64,000 bases of DNA. Source: the human T2T-CHM13v2.0 reference genome, Homo sapiens. Below are positions 27,999-40,269 of the stretch, in pieces. A model generated the notes under the pieces. The model ran no database searches. It had not been told where the DNA came from and worked only from the letters and a program-made list of their open reading frames with translations. Each line of letters starts with the position of its first letter. Within the stretch, counting starts at the first letter, position 1. The stretch lies in assembly GCF_009914755.1 (NCBI RefSeq), contig NC_060925.1, one strand, 5' to 3'. The translations under genes were made by a program, and so were the position numbers.

Positions 27999-30932
27999 AA
28001 TTAATTAATGGAAGCCTTGGTGAATGGATGGGTCGCTGACATCTCTGCAGGTGTGTGTGTGATAAGACCACGCATGGTGAATTCTCAGGACATAGCAGGT
28101 GTTCAGGAGATGATGGTTCAGGCCACTATCCTCCTCGCTCATGTGACTCTCAGGAGCCAGGGTGCCTCAGAGCTCACAGGGGACAGAGCTGAATGGGGGG
28201 ACACTTCGCCTTCCACTTTCTCATCTGTGATGTGGGCAAATAGGAGGTTTCTTCCAGCTAGGACGGCGTTTGGGTCCCGAGCCCTCTGTCTCTCATGCTG
28301 CTGCCTAAACTCAGGACACCCGCGGTACGGTGGTTATGCACATGGGTTCTTGGGACTGGCACGCCTGGGTCTGGAACTCAGCTCCCTCCTGTACCCACCA
28401 TGAATGCTTGGAATGGTCCCTGCCCCTCACTGAGCTTCAGGGTCCCCATCTCTAATCAAAGACTCTGGAGGCCCTTCCCTGGTGAGTTTTCATGGAATGA
28501 ATGAGATGCAGTGTGCATAGGGGTCCACAGTACTCTCAGTAAATGTTACTGTCATAACCATATTTTAACATCCTAAGAATACCCCCTCCTCCAGGAAGCC
28601 TCCTCTGACTGAGCCTAACAGAGGTAAGAATTTCCCCCTTTTTGCTTCTGCTCAGCAGCTCCCAGCTCATATTCTGTAAGCTCTCAGTTTAGGATAGAAC
28701 AGCAAAGCTGCTCTGGCCCTAGTTCTGGCCCCAACTCCAGTACCAGCTCTGGCCCCAACCCTGGAGTCCAGAGAAGTCTCGTTTGGGCAGTTTAAGTCAG
28801 AGGGTCATTTCTGGGCCTGGGCTCCAGGTTCCATTCAAATGGGGGATCCCAGAGGGTGCGGACCATGTCCTGTAAATTCACCCCAGCGGCTCCAGGAAGG
28901 CTCCTTGGGGTGTGAGACATGCTGGTGGCCAGCTACCCCCCAGCTGGAGTCCTCACGCTGAAGGCGAGACAGCCTCAGCGGCGGTGGCACTGGCTGTGCC
29001 TGACACCCTCACCCGGGACATCAGGCTGCCCTGCCCAGTCACCCACAGGGCTGAGGCCTCACCACATTTGCTGCAATACCCGCTGCCCTTGGGCTCACGG
29101 CCATCCTATCTGCGGCAGCCTCTGTGTGAACTCTGCCCCGTGACCCCAGCTGGAATGGAGGATGCCTTCTCCAGCAGCCTCCCATCGGTAGCCAGCAGCA
29201 GGGCAGGGCGGGGGCGGGAGCCACGGGACACTGGGGGCTGGGCCAGGCTGCACTGGGAAAAGGGGCGCTTTAGTCCTCAGAAGACCCTGATGGAGACTGC
29301 CTTCCCCATGGCCTCTTTGCTCAAAGGTCTGGTCAGAACCCCTGTGAGCATGGAGTCAGGGGATCCCCAGAAAGCAGCGCTGGAGGAGGGGGCCTGCTCA
29401 CCCTGGGGGAATGGGACCTTCACAATTTAGGTAGGAAAAGAGAAGTGGCTCGGCAGAGAGCCTGCTCCCCACACCCGCTCACCCTGGCCACAGATGTCCT
29501 CCCCAGCCCCCTACATCACACCTTGTTGATTTGTCTTCTCCTTAGCCCTTCCCACAACCTGAAACCCCCCACCACACTGTGAGCACCACAGTGTGAGAAC
29601 AGACATTGTCTGGTTTGTCACATGTCCCCAGTGTCTGGAACAAAGCCTGGCACACGGTGAATGCTCAATAAATACTCATTAGATTAATGACCATACTCAT
29701 TTAATCCTTACACCCACCCTTCGCTGTAGGCAACATCAGTTCTATTTTGCAGATGGGGAGACTGAGGCTCCAAGAAAAGAGGGGAATTGGCTACTCTGCA
29801 AACCCGGTAACCAGCAAAACCTAAATCAAACCCAGGCCTCTCACCTCTTGACCACAAGCCGGCGTGTGATGACACCAACTGGTTGGGTTCAGCATAAAGA
29901 AAGAAACAGAGGAACACACTGGCCTGCTGGCTTCTGCTCCCCTCAGGCTGCTTCCCCAGGCAGGTTGTGCAGGCTTTTGTTGGGGTAGGGGGTGGATTTT
30001 ATTCCCTGAGTTAAGTAACCTGTGATCAACCCCTTGTGTTAACAGCTATCATGTGTAGCCTCAGCCTCCTGCCTTGCCCCTGAGAGGATCTGTGTTAAAT
30101 TGACACCAGCGATGAACAGTGTGGCTGAGAGGCAGGGATGGGCAAGGAGGGGCAGGAAGCAGGGGCTGGTCTGTGGCCTGTGGACGTGGATAGAGGCTCT
30201 GGCCTGGAATTGACTGGATGCATGTTATGTGTACCAAGCGCTGTTCCCAGCACTTCTCATGCATCATCCCAGTTCATCCTCACGACCATCCTTGAAGATC
30301 CTCAGCATCATTCTCCCCAGTGTCTGGATGAGGCAGCTGAGCCCAGGAGAGGTTGAGCTACTTGCCCAAAGTCACACAGCTGGAAAGTCAAGAAGCCAGC
30401 ACTTGGGACCCAGGCGCTGTGGCTCCAGAGCCCACCCATGGCTCTCCCATGTCTGGGGGAGGAACACAGCTTCAGAGCTGGATTCCAACCTGAGTTGCAT
30501 TGTGTACAAGCTGCCTGAGCCAGCTGCTTAATCTCTCTGAGCCTCGGTTTCCTCAGCTGTGCAATGTGGACACAATACCCACTTTGCAGGGTCCCAATGA
30601 GGCAAGGGGTAGAAAGGGCATGGACTGTGCCTGGCACATGGAAGGGGTATGACAAATGGGGGTGGCACTTGTGGTTCATGTCCCATGGCCCGTGAGTGTG
30701 CCATGACTGATGTTTCCACTCTAGTTTCATTTTCTAGAAATGCAGGGTCAGTTACAAGTCAGTGAAATCAGCCTCAGCCCAGTCTCAGTCCTTTCTCTGT
30801 ATCCTGATGGTGCCTGAAATTCTGCCACTGGGGCAGCATTCCCTGAATTGAAAGCTGTGTTCCCGGGTGAAATGCAACTTCCCACGGGTGTTATTATGGC
30901 TGGGGAAGGAAGTGATGCTGCACATGATGGCT

Positions 30933-31322
<390 letters not shown>

Positions 31323-31739
31323 TGACTTTGCCAACCTCACAGTTTTCTGCCTGTCCAATGGCAGCCTTGGGTCATAGCCCACGCCCTTGGATACCTTCTT
31401 TCGCAGGCCAGGTTTAGAATCCCGAGCACTTCCCTTTCCACCCAAGATGGTGATCTGAATATGACTCTTAGTTCATATTGATAATAACACTTTACTTTGT
31501 GTGGCACTCTTTTCTCTTGTTTCTCCAGTGTGAGCATTACACCCCATTTCACAGATGAGGAAACTGAGGCCCGGCGGGAAGTGGCTGGCAGTACCAAAGC
31601 CTGGGCTCAGAGCCAGCTCCGGGGCTTTCTCTGGGGCTTGGGCCTGATGGGCCTCCCCCGGGACCACCACTGTCCCCCTGCCCACACTCTTTCCCAACAG
31701 AGAGGCCCAGCCCCTGGGCCAGGCTGGGAATGATCTAGG

Positions 31740-32005
31740 GGGAGGCCCACCCGCCCTGTGTCAAGGCCGTGTGTAAGTGTTTTATTGTTTGCCCGCAGAG
31801 GTGTGAATGAAGTAATGGGCCTTCTCCAGCACTCCATCCGTCTCAGGCTGACAGCCGCGCTCCGAGCCCAGGCTGCTCTGTGTAAACGCTGTCACCCTGC
31901 CATCCCCGAGCAGGCAGCTTCCTCCGGGAAACTGTAATCAGGGCCTCCCGCACCCGCAGCTGGCCCTGTCCGCAGCTCATAAATCACGCTGCCTTCCCGG
32001 AAAGC
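31740..32005 (+). promoter_or_regulatory. Candidate enhancer/promoter with MEIS, PBX-HOX, FOX and STAT motifs
   Basis: TGACAG 31849-31854, CTGTCA 31889-31894, CATAAATCA 31978-31986, TTCCCGGAA 31994-32002, TTTTATTGTTTGC about 31780-31792; CpG-enriched unique sequence. Confidence 0.5.
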
Positions 32006-32415
32006 AGAGGGAGAGACAGACAGGGTGACAGGAGACAGACGAGGCCGGGCGAGGAAGAGACGATGGGGAGGCCGGTGGGGAGAGAGGGAGGCAGTGAAGG
32101 CAGGCTGAGCAGGCAGGCAAGCAGGGCGGAGGAACGAGCAGAGATGAGCAGGGAGCAAGGCTGAAGGAGGAGAGGAAAGGAGAGAGAGTGAGAGACACAG
32201 AGGCAGAGGGAGAAAAGAGGCAGGAAACAGAGGTACGAGAGAGAGAGAGTCCCACAGAGGGGACACAGAGATAAGGAGACAGAGAAAGGGAGACAGACTC
32301 AGAGACAAAGAGAAAAGCAGAAACAGAGACCAGAAGAAAGGTAAGAAGCCAGCAGGGGAAACGCGGAGTGACAGAAACGAAGTGGAGCCAGAGGGAGTGG
32401 ACAGAGAGAGGGACA
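32005..32415 (+). repeat. GA-rich low-complexity tract containing a strong donor AAG|GTAAGA at 32340/32341
   Basis: Purine-rich GAGA/GACA sequence seen directly. Confidence 0.8.
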
Positions 32416-33059
32416 CACACCTGACAGGTGGCCTCGGCTGGGGACGAGGGACAGGGGTCCAGCCCATCATTTAGAGGAGGGGACCAGGAGGCAGCAGCCT
32501 TGCTTCAGCTGACAGGTCCTACAGCTCCCCCTGGCCTGGGCCCCTCCTGGTGCTCAGACCCCCCTCCCTCCACACCTGACCCAGCCAGAGTTTGCAGCCA
32601 GCCAGTGGGAGGGCTGCATGGGTGGGAGAGAGGAGGAGGGAGAAGGGGGGAACCTCCTGGACTCCCACTCCAGGGGTCCCCACCCCAGTCCCACTTTCAC
32701 CCTAGGAGGTCACAGTGAACCTTTGAGGGAAGACAAGTCACTTAGCCAGCAGCCCTCGGGACACCTGGGCCTTGCAGGCACCCGCATGCTCCACACACTC
32801 TCACGTCCCCCGGTGTCCACACACACTCAGGCCGCAGGCACATGGGTGAGTGGCCGTGCACACCTGTTGGGAGATTCCCACAGGGTGGACAGGGAGACGA
32901 TGGGGCTCAAAGCCCTGCTGGCCAGGTGGCCACAGCCCTGGCTGCCACGGGAAAGGCCTTCCAGAACTGGGAGAGAATGTTTCAGGCAGCATTCAGCCTA
33001 GCAAGGGATTATTTTCCCAGTTTAAGTCATGAAAGTTGATTTAAAAAAAAATCTCTCTG

Positions 33060-34410
33060 CCACCAAGCCCTATTATAGGCTGTCAGGATCTAGTGGGAAA
33101 CAAAATCAAATTTCTGTCTCCTCGACTCCACATCTAGTCAGAGAGACAGACAATCAGCTTACAGAGCAAGCAGCCAGCGCATCACAGAATGAGCGCTGCG
33201 GAAGCCCGAACTGTGGGGAAAGAATCAGGGTTTGACTCCGTTATGAAAGGTGGTCAGCAAAGCCCTCACTGGGAGGGGGACCTCTGAGCAGAAACTCGAG
33301 GAAAGTGAGGGGGCGGGGGAACAGCATGTGCAAAGGCCCCGAGGCAGGAATGTCCTTGGCACATCTGTGGCTGCAGCAGAGTGGGCAAGGGGAAGTGGGT
33401 TAGGGGGTAAGGTCAGGTCCCAGGGGACCTTGATGGCCATTGTAAGGACTTTGACTCTCCATGTGAATGCCAGGGGAAGTCACTAGGGGTGAAGATGACT
33501 TGAGCTGACGCATCTGCAAGGGGGCCTCTGGCTGCTGTTTTGAGAACAGACTAAAGCAGGTGGGGGTGGGGAGAGGGCAGAGCAGAGAGCCCCGGGAGGA
33601 GGTGATGGGCGACCGAGGCGGAGGTGAGGGAACTCATTCAGGCGAGAGGCGACGGCGCCTGGATGGGGCGGCTGCAGTGGAGCAGGGAGATGTGGTCAGA
33701 TTTTGGATGTGTTAGATTTGCTGATCGACTGGATGTGTGAGAAATAGAGGTCAAAGATGAATTCAAGGTTTCTGGCCAGAGCGACTGGAAAGAGAGAGTC
33801 GCCGTTGACTGTCATGGGAAAGATGGTGAGGATTTGAGGGCTGGGTTTGGATGGGTTCAGTGCAAAAAGCCTCTTGTGCCTCTAAGCGGAGACGATGAGT
33901 AGGCAGCAGAGGCTGCTCCCGGGTGATCCAGGGGCTGCGGACTTGGACTTGGAAGCAGCCAGGCTGCAGTTGGTATACAAAGTCACGGAGCTGGATAAGG
34001 TTAGCTGGCGATCGAGTGCAGATCGTCCAAAGACTGGGGCTCTATGCCTCATGCGGAGGCTGGAGAGAGAAAGCAAATGCAGGAAGATGAAACAGGAGAC
34101 TCAGTGAGATACAAGGAGAGCCAAGAGACAGCAGCATCTCAAAGCCAAGTCGAGGAAGTGTTTTAAGGAGTTGATCAGCAATCCTGCTGAGAAGCCAAGA
34201 AAGTGGAGCCCTGAGGATGGGCCGTTGGATTTAGCAGCATGGAGGCCACTGGAGACCTGGACAGGAGCAGTTTTGGGGGACATATCGACAGTGAAAACAT
34301 GACTGGAGTGTGGGCTTGCAGAAGACTGAGAGAAGAGGAACCGGAGACAATGAGTTCAGACAGTTCTTTGGGGGAAGTTTTGATAAATAAGAAGCAAAAA
34401 GAAGTGGGAG
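33060..34410 (-). mobile_element. L2 LINE, about 1.3 kb
   Basis: Continuous L2 motifs: gaacagcatgtgcaaaggccc.gaggcagga, ggccattgtaaggactttg, tctggctgctgt, ggtcagattttggatgt, tggatttagcagcatggagg. Confidence 0.8.
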
Positions 34411-34439
34411 GGGTGTGGAATCAAGACAAGGTTTAAAAA

Positions 34440-34560
34440 AAATAACCTTTTTACTTTGGAATAATTTTAGATTTCTAGAAAAATTGCAAAGATACTACAG
34501 AGAGTTCCCACATACCCTTCACGCCGCTTTCCCAAATGCTAACATCTTCCTTAACCACAG
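34440..34560 (-). mobile_element. Old L1M 3'-end fragment
   Basis: tttggaataattttagattt.tagaaaaattgcaaagata.tacagagagttccca...aacatctt resembles antisense L1M 3' UTR. Confidence 0.7.
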
Positions 34561-35185
34561 CTATGTGCATCAGTTGGCGTATCAGTTCCGTCCGTCCCTG
34601 GTGCATCAGCTCCATCCACCCCTGGTGCATTAGCTCCATCCACCCCTGGTGCATCAGCTCCATCCACCCCAGGAGCATCAGCGTCGTCCACCCCAGGTGC
34701 ATCAGCTCCATCCACCCCCTGGGGCATCAGCTCCATCAACACCTGGTGCATCAGCGCCATCCACCACTGGTGCATCAGCTATGTCCACCCCTGCTGAATC
34801 AGCTCCATCCAACGCTGGTGCATCAGCTCTGTCTACCCCTGGTGCATCAGCTCTGTCTACCCCTGGTGCACCAGCTCCATCCACCCCTGGAGCATCAGCT
34901 CCATCCACTGCTGGTGCATCAGCTCCATCCACCCCTGGTACATCAGCTCTGTCCAACGCTGGTGCATCAGCTCCATCCACCCCCGGTACACCAGCTCCAT
35001 CCAACACTGGTGCATCAGCTCCGTCCACCCCTGGTGCACAAGCTCCGTCCACCCCTGGTGCATCAGCTCCATCCGCCCCTAGTGCGTCTCCTCTGTCCAC
35101 CCCTGGTGCACCAGCTCCATCCACCCCTGGTGCATCCGTTCCGTCCACCCCTGGTACACCAGCTCCATCCAGCTTCGCTGCATCG
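34561..35185 (+). repeat. 24-bp minisatellite/VNTR, about 26 copies, consensus GGTGCATCAGCTCCATCCACCCCT
   Basis: Direct reading; one 25-nt unit (C5 at 34715-34719); 8-aa periodic translations in all frames. Confidence 0.95.
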
Positions 35186-35556
35186 CTATGGGCCTTGAAA
35201 TGTGCCAGGTGAGTGTGGTGGAGCATAGTCTAGCTGGGAACAAAGAAGTAGAAAAGGCAAGTCAGAGGCATAGAGCCAGGAGGGGTCAAGCAGGGGACCT
35301 GGGACAGGACTTGGCCTCACTATGTCCTAGTGAGTGGGGATTGGTGGTTAACTCTAGCCCTCTGCCTGCTCCCCACTTTCTTTGTTTGTGCCTATAATTC
35401 ACTTTATGTATAAGGTGAGCTTTGCTCTTTTCAACCGACCATACTAATGTCTCCAAAATGAATGGATGAATGAATCCCATTCTTCTGTAAGACCCAAAGC
35501 CAACATCTTGATGCTTGGTTGCAGAGATCAACATTGGCACCCAAATCAAGACTTTA

Positions 35557-35617
35557 CACACACACACGTACCCACACATGCAATCACACACACACACACA
35601 CACACACAATCACACAC
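35557..35617 (+). repeat. (CA)n microsatellite
   Basis: Interrupted CA runs. Confidence 0.9.
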
Positions 35618-35676
35618 GGGCACCTTGCAAATTGCTCTCCCCACCCCTCTTCTGGAAACTACAATTTTACCCTCAT

Positions 35677-35990
35677 ACAAGTCCGCAGTCCCTTATCTAA
35701 AACCCTTGGGGTCAGATACATTTCAGACTTCAGAATGTGTCTGATTTTAGAAGGGGAATTTGGTGCATATACCATAGATTTCATAATAACCTCTGTAGGG
35801 CCTGAGCAGCACTCAGTAAGCAAACGTGACTATTTCTGCAGTGAAATGTGTGAATATTCACAGTAAGTGGGGGAAAATAAAGGCCATAAATAGCCTCATG
35901 ACATTTCAAGTTGTGTTTTACCAGACTTATGAGTTAATAGAAAACACGGCCTTTGGAGCTTCTTGGATTTCAGGATCGCAGGTGAGTGCC
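35677..35990 (+). mobile_element. MER46C-like TcMar-Tigger DNA transposon
   Basis: cccttatctaaaacccttggggtcagat...tatttctgcagtgaaa...ataaatagcctca...ttggatttcagga matches recalled MER46C. Confidence 0.75.
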
Positions 35991-36792
35991 TCTCACGAGT
36001 CCCTCAGCCAGGTGGGCTGCTCAGCCCTGATGTACACCAACCCACATATTTGTTCACTTGTAATAAATGTCAAGAGCCATATTCTTGCCATGGGAGCAGA
36101 AGGGACGGGGCTGTGTGTGTGCGTGCGTGTGCGTGTGCGTGTGCATGCGCACCTACATACACGTCCACATACCAGGAACATTCTTGCCTCTTTCAGTCCT
36201 TGAATTTTTCTCTTTCAAGGCTGGAGGGAGCCTCAAAAGCATCTCTTGAATCTTCTCAACAACACCCTCATCGAGTGGCTACCCAGCTTCTGCTGCTGCA
36301 GCTGCCCTGAACTCCATCCTTCTCCATGACCCCTCCTCCTTCCTGTCTCCTCCCTAAGCATCTCTTTCCTATCTCTTCTAGACCTTCACCACCTTTGTCT
36401 TCTTCCTCTTCTTCCTCCCCCTCCTCTCCCTCCCTTCCTCTCCTCCTCCTCTTTTGTCCCAGGAAACAAGGCTAGAAAATCAAGCAGCCCCAGAGGTCAT
36501 ATTCATCAGCAAAATTCTCCCAGTGGGACCTGGTAGCACATTGAAAACTTGGGCCACTTCGGCTTCTGCAAGAGGCAGCCAAGCCCCAGCTTTTGTGCAG
36601 CCAAACTTCTGGCCAGTGAGTTTACTTAAGAGGAGGGTTCTGGATCACTCGAGCCTGGGAATGTCAAATCTACAGTAAGCCATGATCATACCAGTGCACT
36701 CCAGCCTGGGAAACAGAGCAAGACCTTATCTTAAAAAAAAAAAGAAAAAAGAAGAAGAAGAAGAAGAAAGAAGGAGAAGGAGAAGAAGAAGA

Positions 36793-37093
36793 GGCCGGGA
36801 GCGGTGGCTCACGCCTGTAATCCCAGCACTTTGGGAAGCTGAGGCGGGTGGATCATGAGGTCAAGAGATCGAGACCGTCCTGGCTAATACAGTGAAACCC
36901 CGTCTCTATTAAAAATACAAAAAAAAAAAAATTAGCCGGGTGTGGTGGTGGGCACCTGTGGTCTCAGTTACTCGGGAGGCTGAGACAGGAGAATGGCATG
37001 AACCCAGAGGAGGAGGTTGCAGTGAGCCAAGATTGCGCCACTGCACTCCAGCCTGGGCAACAGAGCGAGACTCCATTTCAAAAAAAAAAAAAA
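36793..37093 (+). mobile_element. Young Alu (AluY-like) in the GAA-rich tail of an older partial Alu (about 36640-36790)
   Basis: Diagnostic gatcgagacc.tcctggctaa and gaatggc.tgaaccc; agaagaagaagag on both sides. Confidence 0.9.
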
Positions 37094-37199
37094 AGAAGAA
37101 GAAGAGTTCCCTGCCGCCTACTCCCTTCCGCCTTCAGAAAGGACTAACCTGATTGGGCCTGTAGATACTCAGACAGACGCTCCCTGGCCTTAGAGTCTC

Positions 37200-37640
37200 T
37201 TCTTTCGTTTTTATTATTTTAAAATGAGAAATATTTAAAGTTTTACATTTTTTTTTACCAAGTAGTTCAAAAAAAGATGAATTATTTTTAAAGCTTCTTA
37301 TTTTGAGATCATTCGAACCTACAGAAGAGTTGCAAGAGAATAGTACAAAGAATTCCTGGGTATCTTTTGTCCATATTCAGCATTTCGGACATTTTGCTGT
37401 ATTTGCTTTCTCATTCTATGTATATATATTCCCTTTTTCTGAACCATTTGAAAGTAGGCCGTGTGATGCTACTGTTTGCCTTCCTACTTAAGTGAGTATT
37501 TTCTAAGAATGAAGATCTTCTCTTATATAATCTAGAATATATAATTTCACAATCCAGGATATTTAATATCGATACAGTGTTTCTATCTAATTCACAGTTC
37601 TCCTCCCTGATTTAAACGTCCCTTTCTTCACATTTTCTTG
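37200..37640 (-). mobile_element. Old L1M fragment
   Basis: AT-rich acagaagagttgcaagagaatagtacaaagaattcc...ttttctgaaccatttga.agtag. Confidence 0.65.
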
Positions 37641-38609
37641 AATGATCATCTATGTTTGGGGGAAATCCATGGTGCTGAGTCCAGCCATGGTGCCCCTGGG
37701 TTAGTGTGGATTTTAGACACAAACAATTCCAGGGGCCCTCAAACTAGGTACCACAGAACCCTAGAGGTTCCATGGAGGGAGGGGAGGCAGCACTTTGGAG
37801 TGGAATTTGTTTGAAGAAAAAAATTCGACTTTAAAGAAAAAAAGATGGATAGCCACAGAGAGGCCAGTCTGTTCATTTTGTATTTGAGAGTGGAGGTTTA
37901 GGGAGGTTAAGCAACCTACCCTATGCCTCACTGAGCAGTAGCGGTGAGTCGAGCAGGGATCTAAAACCAAGGCATTTATTCATTTAACCGACATTTCTCG
38001 AACACAGCGGGAAGAGGGAAATGGGCTGCATCCTGGAATCTCAGAGAAGACAGACGACCAGCCCACCCTCCTGAAGCCGCCTGATGCGGCCAGGAGGAGG
38101 CTGTTGTGGTCCCCTTTGTGGCTCTGCTGAGGTGGGCCATGAGCTTACCAGGAACTTTGGAGAAGGGAAGTAGCCTGTGAATCAGCAGCGGCTTTTCCAA
38201 GAACAATAGTGTTCTCCTAACAAACATTCGTTCCATCAGCAAACTTTGGAACATTCAACAAACATTGGTCCGTTCAACAAATATTTGTTCTCTCACCAGT
38301 GTTGACTCAGCTCCTCTCCTGTGCACAGGGACTGCAGACGTGGTGTTAGGGACAGAGCCCCAGGTGGCATAAAGTCGGGTTGGTCCTTGGCAAAAGACTC
38401 AGGGTGGCAGAATGCTTTCAATACCTCCCTCCTTTCCTCTGTCACCCCAAACCACAGCAAAAGAGACAGGATGACCCCAGCCCTTTGCTCCCAAGGGACT
38501 GACTCCCAAACTCCTCCTTTATCAACAAAACCGTTCCCGTTATCAAGCAGACCCTCCCGTCCCAGATTCTGCTTTCCAGAGAGCAATTCAGCAAGAGTTA
38601 GTAGAAACT

Positions 38610-38908
38610 GGCCAGCCACAGTGGTTCATGCCTATAATCCCACACTTTGGGAGGCCGAGGTGGGATGGATCACTTGAGGTCAGGAGTCTGAGACCAGCCT
38701 GGCCAACATAGTGAAATCCCGCCTCTACTAAAAATACAAAAATTATCCAGGTGTGGTGGGGCGCCCCTGTAATCCCAGATACTCAGGAGGCTGAGGCATG
38801 AGAATCGCTTGAACCTGGGAGGCGGAGGTTGCAGTGAGCCGAGATCACACTACTGCACTCCAGCCTGGGCGACAGAGTGAGACTCTGTCTCAAAAAAAAA
38901 AAAAAAAA
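38610..38908 (+). mobile_element. Alu SINE
   Basis: Full dimer; ttagtagaaa on both sides. Confidence 0.95.
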
Positions 38909-40269
38909 AGGAATTAGTAGAAATCTCTCAAATGTGTACAACCTTTGAGGTAGCCATTCTACTTCTAGGAATTTAATCAAAGGAAAACCTCAGTGCAGGG
39001 ATGCACTGACATTTCACATGCTGCTTCCCATCGTTGTGAAAGGACGCCTCGCATTCTGGGTATAGATGAGCCATGCCCTTCACCCTAAGTGGCAGTCCTA
39101 ATGCTCCTTGCTGGGTCCTGGATTTCAACCCTGTGTCTCACATGTACATGCAAACGTGTGTGCAGACAGATGTGTGCACAGTGTGTTTCCTGAGGCTGGG
39201 CATGCTGCCAGCTGATGCCAAAATAGGGGTGGGGACAGTAATCTCTAATCCAGAGACGAGAATGATCTTTGATATGAGAGCTGGTTCTTAAAGCTGCTTC
39301 TCTTGTTCCAGGCAAATAGACTAATTGGGATTGCCTCCCCGTCATTTTCCCACCCTACTCCAAACACGCACTCACACACCCAAGAGACACACATGCGAAT
39401 ATACAGATTCTTAACAGCTAGGCATGGCTTCTTTTTGCTGGGAGAAAAACAGAGACAAAAGGATTAAAAACATACATGTGGTGACCTCGAGTGTGTCTGC
39501 ACAATCTCCACCGGGAGTGCTCCAGCAGGCGCACCCACGTGCACGTGCACACACACACACACACAAACACACACACGGCATGCTCCCAAGGACACAGCAT
39601 CTGTGTGTGCTTTGGGGGGTACACACATGTGCCCACACATCTGGGCAGCGTGGTCCTGTGAAAAGAGACAGGTCCGTGTCCAGTTTGCTGCTTATTAATT
39701 TTGTGAATTTAAGCAAGTGTGGCCTCTGGAAGCCGTTGTTTCTTCCTCTGGGCAGTGGGAGGGCAGGTGTGGACGTGCTTTATGCATTGTAAACTGCCAT
39801 CTACATTAGGGAGCCCACCGTTGTTAGATATGCACGGGCTCATATTTATAAAAACCATAGGAAGCAGTGTTGGTAGACTCTCCCTCTCCCCGCCTCTGCC
39901 TTCCGCACTGGGATGCTGTTCTCATGGCCTCCCTTCTGCTCTGCTCGGCTCACTGCTGTCATCTCCGCCTGCATCACGTTAATTACAAATCTTGGCGCTT
40001 TCAGATCTAGCTCGGGAAAGGATCTCAGAAGTTACCCAGTCAGAGAGGCATGCGCTGTTTCTGTCCCAGAGAGGTATAACCCAGGTCTCAGCAGAACCTG
40101 GCATACACTCTGGATGTGGCTTCAGCCCTCTCAGGGAGGGCACCACTCCTGGATGACTGAGCCAGGGCGCGAGCCCCAGGGAAAGGGGGATCAACAGACC
40201 CAGGAACTCGCACTAGCTCACCCCAGCAAGGGGAGGGGCTGGCCCAGGGGCCCTGCTGGCAGAGCCGGC

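Noticed and set aside
31892-32470. 192-aa and 147-aa Leu/Ser/Pro-rich minus-strand ORFs that look hydrophobic
   Set aside because: Translation of the CT-rich strand of a GA low-complexity tract.
34561-35185. VNTR as CRISPR array, or as CTCF/REST site array
   Set aside because: Units are head-to-tail with no unique spacers; similarity to CTCF (about 9/12) and RE1 half-sites misses key positions.
34702-35226. Minus-strand (DGADAPGV)n ORF resembling a collagen-like or bacterial surface repeat
   Set aside because: Reverse reading of the 24-bp VNTR; not Gly-X-Y periodic and no supporting start or splice context noticed on that strand.
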